Shown one piece after another: positions 1 through 11,966 of a stretch of 64,000 bases of DNA (its first letter is position 1; the number at the start of each line of letters is the position of its first letter). This DNA is from Trypanosoma brucei (lineage: Eukaryota): positions 1,216,001 to 1,280,000 of the forward strand of contig CH464491.1 of the NCBI GenBank assembly GCA_000002445.1, read 5' to 3'. The translations under genes and the position numbers were made by a program. The notes under the pieces were generated by a model. That model saw only the letters and a program-made list of their open reading frames with translations. It was not told the origin of the DNA and did not search any database.

Positions 1-365
1 TATGTGATAAGTTCTTGTGTGGTATCCAAGAGCTGTCGACGAACCGCGGGTGGAACATGCGATGAGCACTGCAGCGGCACTATACAATCACGTACGTTAG
101 CCTTTACATTCTCCGTGAAGTATGATTGGCGGTTCCAGTCACTGCGACCTACCACGTTGCGTACACGAATAGAAGCTGCGTGCTGCGCGACTTGTGCTGC
201 CGCACCGGCCTGTCGTAAGTCGTTGCAGGCAAACCGAATAAGTTGCGGGATAATATTGGGGTCGTTGGAGAGATTCGCCAGTGCCGTCTCCGCTTCCTTA
301 CGCGTCGCTTTGTCCGCAGAGAGCGTGGCAGTAAATATTTGCACCAGCGTCTCTTCGTCCACCAT
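1..365 (-). CDS. Importin-beta family nuclear transport receptor, N-terminal fragment (gene continues beyond window start); importin-7/Nmd5-like
   Basis: Minus-strand ATG at 365-363. Manual translation gives MVDEETLVQIFTATLSADKATRKEAETALANLSNDPNIIPQLIRFACNDLRQAGAAAQVAQHAASIRVRNVVGRSDW...ENVKANVRDCIVPLQ, which resembles the IBN_N domain of importin-7/8 (motifs like 'VRQAGVIYLKN', 'IRENIVEAI') from memory. The ORF is open to position 1. The listed +4..402 ORF is its antisense shadow. Confidence 0.5.
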   Translation of the reverse strand, partial: MVDEETLVQIFTATLSADKATRKEAETALANLSNDPNIIPQLIRFACNDLRQAGAAAQVAQHAASIRVRNVVGRSDWNRQSYFTENVKANVRDCIVPLQCSSHVPPAVRRQLLDTTQELIT

Positions 366-934
366 CTCACTCTTTCAACCTCGTTTTCCTTTTTTCCTTT
401 GAAAAGAAGTAGGTCCCTATTTATCCTTCTTTTTTCCTGATCTTTAGCTTACCTACTGGGCTCTTTATCCTACCCACTCGCCCTCCTACACGTGCCGCCG
501 GTTCGTGTACAGAGAGAAAAAAAAATGGAAGAAACGAAAAGGCAGATGTGCTTTTGGCATCCATTCCAAAACCGTTCACCTCCAGTTCCTCCCATATCCT
601 TCCATGGGCCACTGTTTAACACCCTTCGTCCATTTAGTAAATTACACTACTTGATTCCTTCCCGGAAATAACCTCATATGGTTACCAAAAGACTCCCCTC
701 AGGTTATAGTTTAAAGCAAAACGCTAAACAAGTACACACAACACCGAATAACGGCACGAAGGCGTGCGTCAACAGTGACCAGAAAAAATTAAACATGTGA
801 ATTGCTGCTTCATAAAAGCGCATACCCTCATGTGCGAAGCAGCGCACACATAAAAATATACTCAGAAAGTTGTCTGTGGACCTCGTTTGCTTGCAATCAG
901 TACTTGCCCCTTTAGTGGACCGACGCTCCGCCCG

Positions 935-1606
935 TCAAGGGGCAATGCCCATACTGCCCGCCTTTCCTTGTTCCGCTATTTCGTTCAGACGCAGAAGATG
1001 CGTAGAAATTTGACGCATATGTTCCCCAATAACGTTAAATTCCCCCTCTAGAATTTTAAAGTGTTTTGAAATATCTTGAAAGGGTCGCTCCGTGAGCCCA
1101 GCGTCTCTACGCCACGGCAAGGGTTGTTGATTCGTTACGGTGTTGTCAAACTCCATTCCACCAGGGACCTCACTATTGCGTGGAACTGATGCCGAGGAAC
1201 TAGAGTGTTTCATTGCATTACCGATATCGCTGTTGTTTGCCACGTGATTGCTTCTCTCGGCATCGTGACTACTATTGTTAAGATCAACTGATTGCCGGCG
1301 TTGCCCCTGTCCCTTGGGGGTGCCGGTGCCGCTGTTGTTGGAGCTGCTGTTGGTCACTGGACCGTGGGGTGGTTCCGCAGTGCTGTACATCATGGTACGT
1401 AACTTGTGATCCCCGGAGGCCTCAGAGTTAAGCAAGCCACATGTTTTATAATATATTTGTGTCTCAATGTCCGCTATCTTACACAGTTCGCGCACAAAGC
1501 CCTCACGTGTTGCCGGAGTGCCGAATGCGCTCATATTTCCTGATGTGAAATCCTGCTCAATCTCCCGCAATTCCATCTCTACACTATTGAACTCATTGTG
1601 ATGCAT
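935..1606 (-). CDS. hypothetical protein (Ser/Asn-rich low-complexity centre)
   Basis: 223-aa ORF with a genuine ATG (cat at 1604-1606 on the + strand). It sits co-directionally in the minus-strand gene array. No recognisable domain. Confidence 0.4.
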   Translation of the reverse strand: MHHNEFNSVEMELREIEQDFTSGNMSAFGTPATREGFVRELCKIADIETQIYYKTCGLLNSEASGDHKLRTMMYSTAEPPHGPVTNSSSNNSGTGTPKGQGQRRQSVDLNNSSHDAERSNHVANNSDIGNAMKHSSSSASVPRNSEVPGGMEFDNTVTNQQPLPWRRDAGLTERPFQDISKHFKILEGEFNVIGEHMRQISTHLLRLNEIAEQGKAGSMGIAP

Positions 1607-2203
1607 CCACTCGACGTCGCTGAAAGGTCACTCTTCCTCTGCAAACGCGTTCGGAAGAGCACCACACGATACTTGGGGGGAAGTGACCGCACGAGTGAGT
1701 AAAGAAATAGGTAGAAAGTCAGAGTAAGTAATGAACCAGCCAAATGAATTACAGCAAGTTTTACGGAGGGCACCTGTCTCATTCATGTGGTAGCAGCGTG
1801 AGCAAAAGGGAGGAAGGGCCTGATGAAGGAAAGAAAGCAGACGGCGTTCCGTCTGGTATTTAATCCTTCTCAAAACAGCAGTCAAGCAGGGAACGGAATT
1901 AGAAATATATGGGTGGGGGTTGGCAAAGCCGCAGGGGAACCGACCCCTTAGTGTTGATATGTCTCTCCTCCACTTGGTTTTGGTTCCTTTGTTGCGTGAC
2001 CAAAACACCATACTCAAATACATCGAGTTACATTCGCCAGTACACCCCGTGTGATGCTTCAGCACTTGGTATTTGAAAACACTTTCCACGTGCTTTGCTT
2101 TTACACCATCCACGTTGTTCCACTAATAACCCCGTCTCATTTTCTGCAGTAAATCGCACTCTGCGCACCCTCTGCTCAGCAATCACCTGTCTCTTCCTGC
2201 GAT

Positions 2204-2926
2204 CTATGTCAAGTAATTGTTCACATGTAGATTCGGTACTAACTTTTGAAGAAGCACGTGCCCCGCTAGTGTTTCATTTGTGATCTTATCTATGGTTGAG
2301 CGGAGTATATCTACCCGCATATTCGCCTCCTGTAACTTCGCCGCCCTTCGCTGTTCTTCATCTCCCTGTTGCTGAAGCTGGATCTCGCATAGACGCCGCT
2401 CCTTTAGCAGCTGTTCAATACGACCGTTCAAATCATTCAGCTCCGTGCGAAGAGCGGTTTGAATGACTTGATGCCGTTTGAGCAACTGCTCCACATCCTT
2501 CACTTCTTCGATAGCACTTTGCAACTCAGCACGGTACACATGCACACGGCGACTCGTGCTCAGTAGCCTGCGCGCCTGGCGCTCCGCTAACTCTGCGTCT
2601 TCTCCCGTGCAACTGTTATGGATAATTTCACGCACTTCCGCTGGAAGTGGCCCCTCCAGCGCTGCAAGCGCCGAAGACGACGGGACTGACGGGTCAAGCT
2701 GCGAAACGGTGGAAGGGGACGAGGGCAGACACACCACCGCGGTATTCGTTTGATTATTTTTGTTGATAACTGACGCCGCCGCTGTAGGTGGTGTGGAGGG
2801 CGCAAGAGAAGGAGAGGGGGACGGCGGGGATGACCACCGGCGCCTTATAGGTTTCTGCTGCACTGTTCGCTCCTGCCGTGAACGACCATGAAGGCCTTGG
2901 ACAGTTAAGCCAATCGGTTGTTGCAT
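2204..2926 (-). CDS. hypothetical coiled-coil protein
   Basis: 240-aa ORF with a real ATG (cat 2924-2926). The C-terminal half is heptad-rich (ELNDLNGRIEQLLKERRLCEIQLQQQ...). The N-terminus is Pro/Ser-rich. Confidence 0.45.
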   Translation of the reverse strand: MQQPIGLTVQGLHGRSRQERTVQQKPIRRRWSSPPSPSPSLAPSTPPTAAASVINKNNQTNTAVVCLPSSPSTVSQLDPSVPSSSALAALEGPLPAEVREIIHNSCTGEDAELAERQARRLLSTSRRVHVYRAELQSAIEEVKDVEQLLKRHQVIQTALRTELNDLNGRIEQLLKERRLCEIQLQQQGDEEQRRAAKLQEANMRVDILRSTIDKITNETLAGHVLLQKLVPNLHVNNYLT

Positions 2927-3434
2927 TACAAGATGTATTTGGTAGGCTATGCGTTTGCAGACAAAAGAGAAGTGTAAAGGAGGTGCGGGTATTACCTTCT
3001 ACAAAAAATGGTGTAAACGAAACGTTTGTGCTTAAGTATATATACATGAGCGTAGCCCCGCACGTGAAGCTAGTAGTCATGGTAACAAGGACGTAGACGC
3101 GTGAAATACCATTTGCAAAGAGGGAATCCAATAGTCCGGCAACAATGAGAAGGATGGGGCGGAAATAATCACTCTCCTGGTCAATAATATACCTCAGTCA
3201 CACAGCCGCACAAAGCGAAAGAAACTAAACAATCACATCTTCCGTTGGTATACGGCGTTATTTTCACAACGCGCATACAATAAGTGTAAGTTTAAACCAA
3301 AATTAACACGAGAAGCACGAACACATGCACATCAACCCCGTGAAGCATCAGAATTAATTTAGATGAAAGAACGTTGTTTTTTGTTTTTAACGGGCGCCTA
3401 CCGAAGAACTTCCCTGATCAACATCTCTTTTTTA

Positions 3435-4184
3435 CTACACCTTTCCGTAGCGAGCAAGTAGTTTCTCCATTCCTCCAAGGAGTTTCATCTGACGATCAAT
3501 GGCTGCCCCATCGATCCGAGCCCTCTTGTATAACACCTGGCGCCGCCTCTCCGCTAGTAGCGTCTCCAGGGAGAGGCCCCGAACGGAATAACAATGAAAC
3601 ACCAAACCAACCCATACAGCGGTGTAAGCTATGAAGTAAGTCATGGGCTCCACAAGATTCCAGTCAAAAACGACAAAAACCCAGCGGAAGAGTACAATGA
3701 ACTGCACAATTAGTAATATAACAATCAAGTAGCGCAGTAACGGTAGATATAGGTTGTCAATGTAGTCATCAACACGGTGCTTCGCAATAACCTTCTGGGC
3801 AATCTCGTCGAGTTGGTGTCGCCAAGCACCTTCCAAATCACAAAGAACGCCATTTACGCCCTCCCCATCACTTTTAAATACGCCTTGGAGGACATTATTG
3901 AAAGCTGTAACGTCCGTTATCACTGCAATTTTTGACGCAGTGCCCGTGCCTGCCGCACGGTATGAGTGGAACAATGGCAACGATTTCTCTGTCAAATTAT
4001 CTTCAAGTACAAAGGAAAGACAATCTTTGTTAGTACCGCCACAAGCACCGGCGGTACAACCACCGACTCCAGTGCTACAGTATGCACGTGGTTCCAAGTA
4101 CGTGGAGAGAGACCGACGAATAACAAATAGTTTGGCAGTGCACCTCACACGGAGCCCAACAGCGCCGGCAAAAAGTGGGTTCAT
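3435..4184 (-). CDS. hypothetical membrane protein (2 predicted TM helices)
   Basis: 249-aa ORF with a real ATG (cat 4182-4184). Hydrophobic stretches LLRYLIVILLIVQFIVLFRWVFVVF and FIAYTAVWVGLVF. Confidence 0.45.
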   Translation of the reverse strand: MNPLFAGAVGLRVRCTAKLFVIRRSLSTYLEPRAYCSTGVGGCTAGACGGTNKDCLSFVLEDNLTEKSLPLFHSYRAAGTGTASKIAVITDVTAFNNVLQGVFKSDGEGVNGVLCDLEGAWRHQLDEIAQKVIAKHRVDDYIDNLYLPLLRYLIVILLIVQFIVLFRWVFVVFDWNLVEPMTYFIAYTAVWVGLVFHCYSVRGLSLETLLAERRRQVLYKRARIDGAAIDRQMKLLGGMEKLLARYGKV

Positions 4185-4439
4185 TTGATTCCTAATTATT
4201 TTTCTTTTGCTTCTATGATAGGCTCAAAAAAAAATAAAATGCAAGAGCACAAAAACGATCAAGGACACCCTACAAAAAGCATATACTCCACGGAACGGCA
4301 TACGACATCTAAAAGACGCCTGAGACGTCCACGGAGGGGAGGGAGAAGAAAGTGAAGACTCCATAGAAACAACAAAAGTTGCGCCCTCATGAACAATGGA
4401 ACAGAAGAGCAAAGGATGGGAATGATGTGTTTATGCCCC

Positions 4440-5273
4440 TCAAGAATCCAACTTCGCCCCCGAAATGGCACCAGCGCAAACAACGCCAAAGCCGAGGCCC
4501 ATGAAGAGGCGAAAGAACATACCCCCACTGTTCCACGTCAGCAGCATCCCTATGATGCCGTAGCCACCAAAACGACCAGAAGTTCGGAGCCACCGCTCCT
4601 CTTCAGGGGACTTCCGGAGACGCATGGCTGCGCTAACCAACGTATCCACCTGCTCCTTGCTATAGATTTGATAAAAACTGGGGTCGTGTACCTCCACCGC
4701 CTGCTTTCCAACACTTACAACACCATAAGGGTCTAAGAAATCTTCGTACGACAAAGTTTGAGCCTTATCATCACCAGAAGAGTGCCCACAACCACTCCAT
4801 GAAAACGTTAGCCTCGACCATAGCCAATGGTGCTGCTGCCCTTCAGCATTCTCCTTCTCCCTCTGCATCCGTTGATGTTGTCTCCATGCTACCATAGCTT
4901 TCGACCGTTCCCAAAGAACCGCGCGGGCAGCGCGCTCCTCGGAGCAGCCGCAGAAACCATCATAGTAGCAGGCGTAAGCAATCCCTCCGAGAATTCCTAT
5001 GGGCGTACTGTACCCGGCACTGGGGTAAAAGTAGTGATGCAGTTTAGAGAGCTCGCGGTCGGCAAAGGAGAGCCGCGGGCGGCGGTAGCCGTAGAAGTAC
5101 AAAACAGAAAGCAAATACCCAATAGGAACCACGCGCCGTACGCCCTGCATGGCCCGAGACTCCATGAGAATAGTGCCCGGTTGTTCCGTGCTGCGCGCAC
5201 ATTCCATGTACTCGGGGTAGTCTCGAGGGTCTATCTGGTAAAATAAGATGGATAAACGATCTAAACCGAACAT
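4440..5273 (-). CDS. hypothetical protein with C-terminal Gly-zipper hydrophobic segment
   Basis: 277-aa ORF with a real ATG (cat 5271-5273). C-terminal GGYGIIGMLLTWNSGGMFFRLFMGLGFGVVCAGAISG is GxxxG-rich and membrane-like. No confident family. Confidence 0.45.
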   Translation of the reverse strand: MFGLDRLSILFYQIDPRDYPEYMECARSTEQPGTILMESRAMQGVRRVVPIGYLLSVLYFYGYRRPRLSFADRELSKLHHYFYPSAGYSTPIGILGGIAYACYYDGFCGCSEERAARAVLWERSKAMVAWRQHQRMQREKENAEGQQHHWLWSRLTFSWSGCGHSSGDDKAQTLSYEDFLDPYGVVSVGKQAVEVHDPSFYQIYSKEQVDTLVSAAMRLRKSPEEERWLRTSGRFGGYGIIGMLLTWNSGGMFFRLFMGLGFGVVCAGAISGAKLDS

Positions 5274-6923
5274 ACCGGCACACCCCGTTGTTTTAGGGGT
5301 ATTTCCGCTTAATTTGGTACTTATCCGTAATTATCCTCTGAAGAGGCTACTGACTGGGTGGTTAGGTTTATATATGAATATATTTATTTATTTACGTGTG
5401 TTTATGTGCGCGCAGACGTAAAAGAAACCACAGCGTGAAAAAATCTGTTACGCACAGCGCGTCATCTTTGTTGAATGCGTCACGCCACACACAAAAAAAA
5501 AGGCGGGAATTGAAAGCACAGGGTGAAGAGTAAGAAGAGATAAATAAGGTAAGGAGCCGAGGGTAAGCAAGTAGCAAGCAAGCACAACTACACCACAAGC
5601 GACCAACCGCACGGCACCAAGTAGCGGCGTGACGGTTGGGGAAAGAAGCAACGACGGAAGAGCAAAAAAGAGAAAAAGATGTAGCAAAAATGATGAAGGA
5701 GATCACAACAAGAACACCCAAGTATTCCGAAGATCTCATTATTTTCGGTGCATCACACGTAACCTTCTCCATTTCGCGCAACTATTTTGTATATATGTTA
5801 CCACAACTAAACGCACTTTGATTTCTCGGCCCCCCACAGATACATTTATCGCTGCTTCTATGCTTTACAAACCCCTCATACACGCACATATATACACGAC
5901 TCAACGACGGGGCAAAACGAAGCTGGACCACCAGGGGAAAAGAGGAGGACAAAAACAAAACAATAAATAGAACGACGGCTATATCAATGCAGCCAACAAG
6001 ACACACGTATCCTACTCTCCGGAAACGGCGTGGGGAAGTTGAAATCGGTGTGAAATGTCCGAGGTACAAAATCAGAGAAAACATCGACACAGAAGAAAAA
6101 AAAACAAGCAGAGAAAAAAGTAACCATCGAGAAAGCAAAACGAAATAAGGAGTACGAAAATAGAAGAAATACGTATGTATATATATACGTATATATACAG
6201 GTAATTGAGCACTGTGGTGAAGAATGAGCTTCAGCTCACGCAACTGCACTCAACGGCTCAACCGCAACACTTTGTTAGAAGTTGTGCGCGTCATATCCTT
6301 CAGTGTTTCGTCCGTGTCCAAAATGTTAACCGAAGCCACTCCCTTCCGTTGGAGTTGAACCAACCGCTTAGCAAAAGCTCCGTGCACATACACACGCATA
6401 CGCGTCCCATTCCACTGTGCCCACTTCCCATCCGACAACTTAGATCCACGCACCAAACTATTTTCGGATGTAGCATAAGGAACGGTGCAACAAGGTAAAG
6501 GTAAAGAGAACGGAAAACCAAACAACAATGATACGTCCCCCCACCCCACATCCGCTCCCTTGTCCAATCAAAATTCCCTACGAGCACTCCCACGAGGAAA
6601 CGCTCAGAAGCGGGGTCAACTTTTTGCAATATACCTGTGCGTGCACATTTGGAAAAAAAAAAAGAAAATACAAATGAAAAAGCGACGCGCTTTTTTTCGT
6701 CTCTGCTTCCTCCTTCCCAACAAACAAACTTTACTTCTCCTTTCGCTCGTTACCGATTCACCTTTCCACTTCTTTAACCTTATGTCATGTTACACACTTA
6801 CTTCAATTCAGTATTTCAAAGAGAAAAGGGTCGCGCTTCTCCGCGTAGACGAACTCAAAAACGCGCACACACGCAAAATTCCTTATCGGTACCAAATCAC
6901 ACCCTCCTGATTATGCACAAAGT

Positions 6924-9900
6924 TTACTCCATATCATGGCAAAACCCCTTGCAGTACCGCTCGGCAATGGGGCCACCACGCCAAAGCGGAATAAACACCT
7001 GGCCCACCTCCTCATTAACAACTGCTTCCTCTATTATCCGAGCAAAGCGACTCTGCACCTTTTGGCAGTAACGTAAGAGCGCAGCCGTCTTCGCTCGCAC
7101 AGCCTCAACATCTTCCGCAACTTCATCCAGGACTGCCATGAGCCCGAAATCCGCCGCTTTCATTGTGTTACCACTGTCTTGAGAAATGAACAGCGGCGGC
7201 ACAACGTCGCCCTTCCCCGCGCGTTGAATGTATAGACCTAAAAGTATAAGCCACTGCATGCAGCGCTCCACACCCGTCGGGACGACACCATCAGTGGATT
7301 GAGATTGCTCTTCTGAGCGGGATAAACCCCCTTGTTCATCTGATCCATCGGTCGCTGATGCAGACAACTGGGCCGAACCGTTCTCCCGCTGTGATAAAAG
7401 CACGACAGAGCGCAACTGAGTAAGCTCGTTGTGTAAATCTTGCAAGAACGAGCGCCAGTCATCAACTTGTTGTTCCATGGCTTTGAAGTTATCCTTGTGA
7501 AAGGACCGGGGTTGCTCATCGCCGTGGAAAACTAAACCACTCAAGCACTCAAGGCACTCGAAGAGCAGGTGCATCGTTAACCGGCTCCAATACAGCAACC
7601 CACGGAGCCTCCCCGAATGAACATGAAGTTTTTCACTTGGGATAAGGAAGAAACCACCCACCGTTTCTTTTGGCACGCTCGGTGGCAGAGTCCATTGCGC
7701 ATCTCGAAACGACTCCCTCATGCGGGATGCCACTGACTCCAGCTCCAAACTCACGCTGACCATCCACGCAGTGCTACATCTTGGTGCCCCTTCAGCCACA
7801 GAAAACTGCCCACCGACGCTCCCATTTCGTGATCCCCCACAATTTGTAGACTCAGATGCTATCCATGTCCTGTCGCCTCTCAAAACATGAGCGGCAGCAT
7901 TTCCACTCTCGCTTATGCTCTTTTCGCCATCACTTTGGCAGTCATTGAAGTCAGAAAACAACGCCTCCGCAACCACCATGATGGACTCCCTCCGACACAC
8001 ATCAACCATTACCTGAGACCTGCGAAGATGCCACAGAACGGCGTACTGCATGAAGTCTTGAAAAAGATCCGGTTTCTGACCCCCCTCATATGGCAAGTAT
8101 ATGACTTTCTGCGTCTCTCCAAGACAGCACCAAAACTTTCCGACGTCCTTAACAAATGTTTCCACGAAGGCGACCTCGTCGCCAATCATTGTCATAATAC
8201 GCTGCGGCCGCATGGCCACGACGGAGACCTGACTGGGCCGAGGTGAGTGTGTGTGAGATGCGGCAAACATATTATCTACGCTGTTCCGAGTGCGATGGTT
8301 GCCACCACTAGCATATTGGGCCGGTCCTTGGCTTTCCCGCTCACTAGTTAATGCATTCACACTGCCATGACGCGATGCCTTCCTTGCAACGTCACAATAT
8401 AGGTGCTGCTGTGCTGATAGAAGGCGGGAATTGAGAGTGATCAGTCCTCCTATTGCCTCATTAATCTCCTTGGGGGAGCTTGAAACAGAGATCTGCTCCA
8501 CTTGTTGAAGCGCCTGATTGAGAAGTTGAACGTGACGGTCGCCGTAAATTGAATTGGACGCATCCCAGTTTGCCTCGGGTGGCTGCACCAACGTCGCATC
8601 TGCTTCTTCAAGCAACCTCTGTGCTTGCGTGCGAAGCGCCTGCTCTATGCGCGCAATACCATTAATAAACGCAGTATTCCGCTCGACAATACGTGCATTG
8701 TGCCGTTGTAGACTCTCCAATTGTCGTCTATGAGATTCCCTTTCCCCTTGCCCAGAACGTGTCAGTTGTGCCACCCAACGCAACAGTGACTCGGGTGGTA
8801 ACTCACAACCACTCATGCTTACAGGATCTTCCACCCTCGAGTAACTGTTGCTGAAACCCCTAACAGAATCGCGAAGCTTATCAACATCAAGGCGCGGTGA
8901 TGGGCTTGCACGGCCACTAACGGCATTAGTGGCGCTACGGCTGACACCAGGACGACGAGGATACGAAGAACTCTCCCCCCTCTCCGCAGCAACTCCCACA
9001 CTGCTTAACCTCAGCCGTTCCACAGCGGCGGCGATTACGCGACCCTCATGACTTTGGTACTCCTGCTCGATGGCATTTAATGCGGCACCATCGATCGCAG
9101 GGCCAAGTTGGTCACCGATGGCTAGCCGCGACACCAAACTATGGAGTTTAGACATGTCATCGAGAAGAAGACGCGATGATCGGGAAGTGGCGGAAAGAGT
9201 CTTGAAGTCCTCGAGTTGCTTCGCGAAGTTCGTGAGCATTGCCATCATCTCTGGTGACGTGCCAGCCTGCACAGGAATATTCCTGTCACCATATTTGTTA
9301 GTTGCGTTGTGCTCATTGTAACCTCTGCCTGCGTTAGACACGTGCGGATTATTGTTATTAAAACTGCCGTAGTAGAAACCAGATGACTCTACGCGTGTCG
9401 GCACAACAGCAGATGGACGCTGTGGGCAGACATTGCTCACAGTACTTTCCTCACGCACTAACGCGCCTCGTTTCTCTGTGGCAAAAACAACAGGGTGGTG
9501 AACAGATGAAGCCCCTTGGGGTCCGGCTCCCGTAGCAGCACTCGGAGAAGTTGCCGCCGGGGGGGGGAGCGTAGAAGCTGGAATTTGATGTGCAACCATT
9601 TGTGTGCGGCGAGTGTTCGGTGCATCTACGGTGACTTTTCGCTGTTGCGGAACAGAGGTTAATTGTCCACCTCTGCATAGTGTTTTTGTGTCCTCGTAGT
9701 TGAACACGGAAAGGTATCTGTCTGACCGTCCTTCCTTCTCCGCAATGACTATAAACGGGACGGCAGTTAGCAATTGTGCTCCAACAGAAGTGACGCTCCC
9801 ATCCAGTCCCATACCGCGGAAGAGCACCGATGGAGCTAGAGGATCACTTAAGTCTATAAGAGCGATGGACTCCTTGTTGCATTGCAATAGTCCTCCATAT

Positions 9901-11222
9901 CCCGTCACAAGTGCCTTGTTGTCTAAGAAGGACATGCTGCTCAAGCTCACCCCAACAGCACCTGTGACGGCACAGGTGCCTGGATCCACAATAACGAGTG
10001 TACGGTGCATTGCAACATATATGAGATCACTAGGTTCATAAAACTGAATGAAACGCATCTCCCCCTTCATATTAACCATATTTTCCGCCTTGTCATTTGA
10101 TTGGGTGTGCACCCGCACATTGTTACCGTTGGAATCAAAAACCCGAATATAATTGTCATTACTAATCGCCCATATCTGTTTGCGGGTGCTAACGTACACA
10201 ACACTAGAAATGATGGTGGCAATGTTCCGACTCTTGCTGCAACGTCGCGCCTGCGGATCCCACACCTTCAGCGCTTTATCTTTACCTGCCGTTAACACCT
10301 TCCCATAACTAAGAAACCAAACTCCGGTAATCGTCTGTGCGTGTGCATTGCGCAACACACCAGCAACGCTATAGTCTGAAAGATCGACGATAACTATACT
10401 ACCACGACTGACACCACACCACAGGACATACGACTCCTCACCCTCCACACCGTGATCAGGTTGGGGTTTAACGGCGGCAGAAACAACCGAGTGACTACGG
10501 TTGGAGCGGTGCTTTGGTGAAGACGTCTTAAATGTCACCAACTTCGCCGCTGGAACACGTACAACCGCCATCGCATGCACATGGGTTACGTCTAATTCGC
10601 GGTTAACCTCCAGCTGCACTCCCTTAAAGTCTAGTAGGGTGACAGGGTCATCGTCAACCGCGGCAAAAAATGACGCATTATCAGGTGCGACAACCAGCGC
10701 CCGCACTGCCTGAGTGAGAGACATGCGCGAAACGGGGCGCATAAGCTTAAGGTGATCCGGCACTTGCTGTTGGGCAACTTTCCTAATCACACTCTTGCCA
10801 TTGCTGGTTTCAGTTGCTGTCTCGGGTGACTGGGAACCGATGTGAGTGGAACTTCCATGGTCCACGAAGGTGTCATCATCATCTGCCGACACGGTCGCGT
10901 AGTGTGTTGTCGGCACTACAACAGTTGAAACCGCCGGGCACTCCGTTGATTTCACGCTATTCAAACTAGGCCTTGTGACACTGGCGGTGTCGCTGCGGTT
11001 GTTAGTTAGTTCGCCATCGCTATTCGAAAAATTCTCGGTCAAACTATCCTCCAGGTCGCGGGTCCGGTCGCCCTCCGGCACAGCCGCCACAGTGTATAGT
11101 TGAACACGCGACTCGGCCTGCACTGCAGCTGGGGGAAGACGTGCAAATTGTTCACCAACGCCCCAACCGCCACCTGTTTCGACAGAGCCGAGCGAAAGCT
11201 CAGGAATGAAGGGTGCTGCCAT
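6924..11222 (-). CDS. large hypothetical protein: N-terminal WD40-like beta-propeller region plus central coiled-coil (1432 aa)
   Basis: Uninterrupted 4.3 kb ORF with a real ATG (cat 11220-11222). WD-like repeats (…GKVLTAGKDKALKVWDP…, …IWAISNDNYIRVFDSNG…). Heptad-rich segment around residues 620-950. Confidence 0.8.
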   Translation of the reverse strand: MAAPFIPELSLGSVETGGGWGVGEQFARLPPAAVQAESRVQLYTVAAVPEGDRTRDLEDSLTENFSNSDGELTNNRSDTASVTRPSLNSVKSTECPAVSTVVVPTTHYATVSADDDDTFVDHGSSTHIGSQSPETATETSNGKSVIRKVAQQQVPDHLKLMRPVSRMSLTQAVRALVVAPDNASFFAAVDDDPVTLLDFKGVQLEVNRELDVTHVHAMAVVRVPAAKLVTFKTSSPKHRSNRSHSVVSAAVKPQPDHGVEGEESYVLWCGVSRGSIVIVDLSDYSVAGVLRNAHAQTITGVWFLSYGKVLTAGKDKALKVWDPQARRCSKSRNIATIISSVVYVSTRKQIWAISNDNYIRVFDSNGNNVRVHTQSNDKAENMVNMKGEMRFIQFYEPSDLIYVAMHRTLVIVDPGTCAVTGAVGVSLSSMSFLDNKALVTGYGGLLQCNKESIALIDLSDPLAPSVLFRGMGLDGSVTSVGAQLLTAVPFIVIAEKEGRSDRYLSVFNYEDTKTLCRGGQLTSVPQQRKVTVDAPNTRRTQMVAHQIPASTLPPPAATSPSAATGAGPQGASSVHHPVVFATEKRGALVREESTVSNVCPQRPSAVVPTRVESSGFYYGSFNNNNPHVSNAGRGYNEHNATNKYGDRNIPVQAGTSPEMMAMLTNFAKQLEDFKTLSATSRSSRLLLDDMSKLHSLVSRLAIGDQLGPAIDGAALNAIEQEYQSHEGRVIAAAVERLRLSSVGVAAERGESSSYPRRPGVSRSATNAVSGRASPSPRLDVDKLRDSVRGFSNSYSRVEDPVSMSGCELPPESLLRWVAQLTRSGQGERESHRRQLESLQRHNARIVERNTAFINGIARIEQALRTQAQRLLEEADATLVQPPEANWDASNSIYGDRHVQLLNQALQQVEQISVSSSPKEINEAIGGLITLNSRLLSAQQHLYCDVARKASRHGSVNALTSERESQGPAQYASGGNHRTRNSVDNMFAASHTHSPRPSQVSVVAMRPQRIMTMIGDEVAFVETFVKDVGKFWCCLGETQKVIYLPYEGGQKPDLFQDFMQYAVLWHLRRSQVMVDVCRRESIMVVAEALFSDFNDCQSDGEKSISESGNAAAHVLRGDRTWIASESTNCGGSRNGSVGGQFSVAEGAPRCSTAWMVSVSLELESVASRMRESFRDAQWTLPPSVPKETVGGFFLIPSEKLHVHSGRLRGLLYWSRLTMHLLFECLECLSGLVFHGDEQPRSFHKDNFKAMEQQVDDWRSFLQDLHNELTQLRSVVLLSQRENGSAQLSASATDGSDEQGGLSRSEEQSQSTDGVVPTGVERCMQWLILLGLYIQRAGKGDVVPPLFISQDSGNTMKAADFGLMAVLDEVAEDVEAVRAKTAALLRYCQKVQSRFARIIEEAVVNEEVGQVFIPLWRGGPIAERYCKGFCHDME

Positions 11223-11946
11223 AACTGCGTTAAAACGCTTACCTCAACCACAATAAAATCCCTACGTCGCACCACGCGCAATCCGCTAGAAATAAATCAA
11301 TCAGTCAATATGTATACAGATACGTATATATTTATGTATACTCTTATTAGCTTCTCTGAAGAGAGAGAGAGCAATTTTGCTACACCCCAGTACCCTCACT
11401 TTCAAGAGTACAAATCACGAAACAGTCCTCAATGGAAGGCAAAAGTTCACAATATCTGGGATCTCCTCTGCCAATTCCGTGGTTGCGTGGACCCTCCGCT
11501 TTGGAGGAAGCGACCGCGTGAGGCGTCGAAGGGAGGAACCGCGCGCACGGCTTTGATCAATTTTCCCTCCGTTGTGTGACGCCTCTCCTATTGAATTGTA
11601 ACTTTGTAGTCTGTAATGCAATTCCACGCCGTTAATTTCCTTTCTCCTGCCCCCCTTTCCCTCTATACTTGTTTTCTACCAGTTATCTAAGTGAGACCAA
11701 CAGTTACCAAAAAAAAAATAAACAATAAAAATAAACAGTAATGGCCATGATATCGGGAAAAAAAAACAAATAGGACACAACATGAAAGAATTGAGATAAC
11801 AAAAAAAAATATCTCGGCTTTACAATTTCCCTCCGCCTCCCCCTCTCGATGAAACACACTGTACACGCCTCGTAATGGCCATCGTTGGGACCATTACAAT
11901 TAATGTTGGTATTTCTACAGCTACTGTTATTCTCGCTTTTCCACAT

Positions 11947-11966
11947 ACACACACACACACACACAC
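11947..11966. repeat. (AC)10 dinucleotide microsatellite in intergenic region
   Basis: acacacacacacacacacac read directly. Confidence 0.9.

Noticed and set aside
4-402. 132-aa + strand ORF at window start
   Set aside because: Antisense shadow of the minus-strand importin-beta N-terminus (1-365), which has a clear ATG and family-like sequence. The + ORF begins with GTG and has no coding character.
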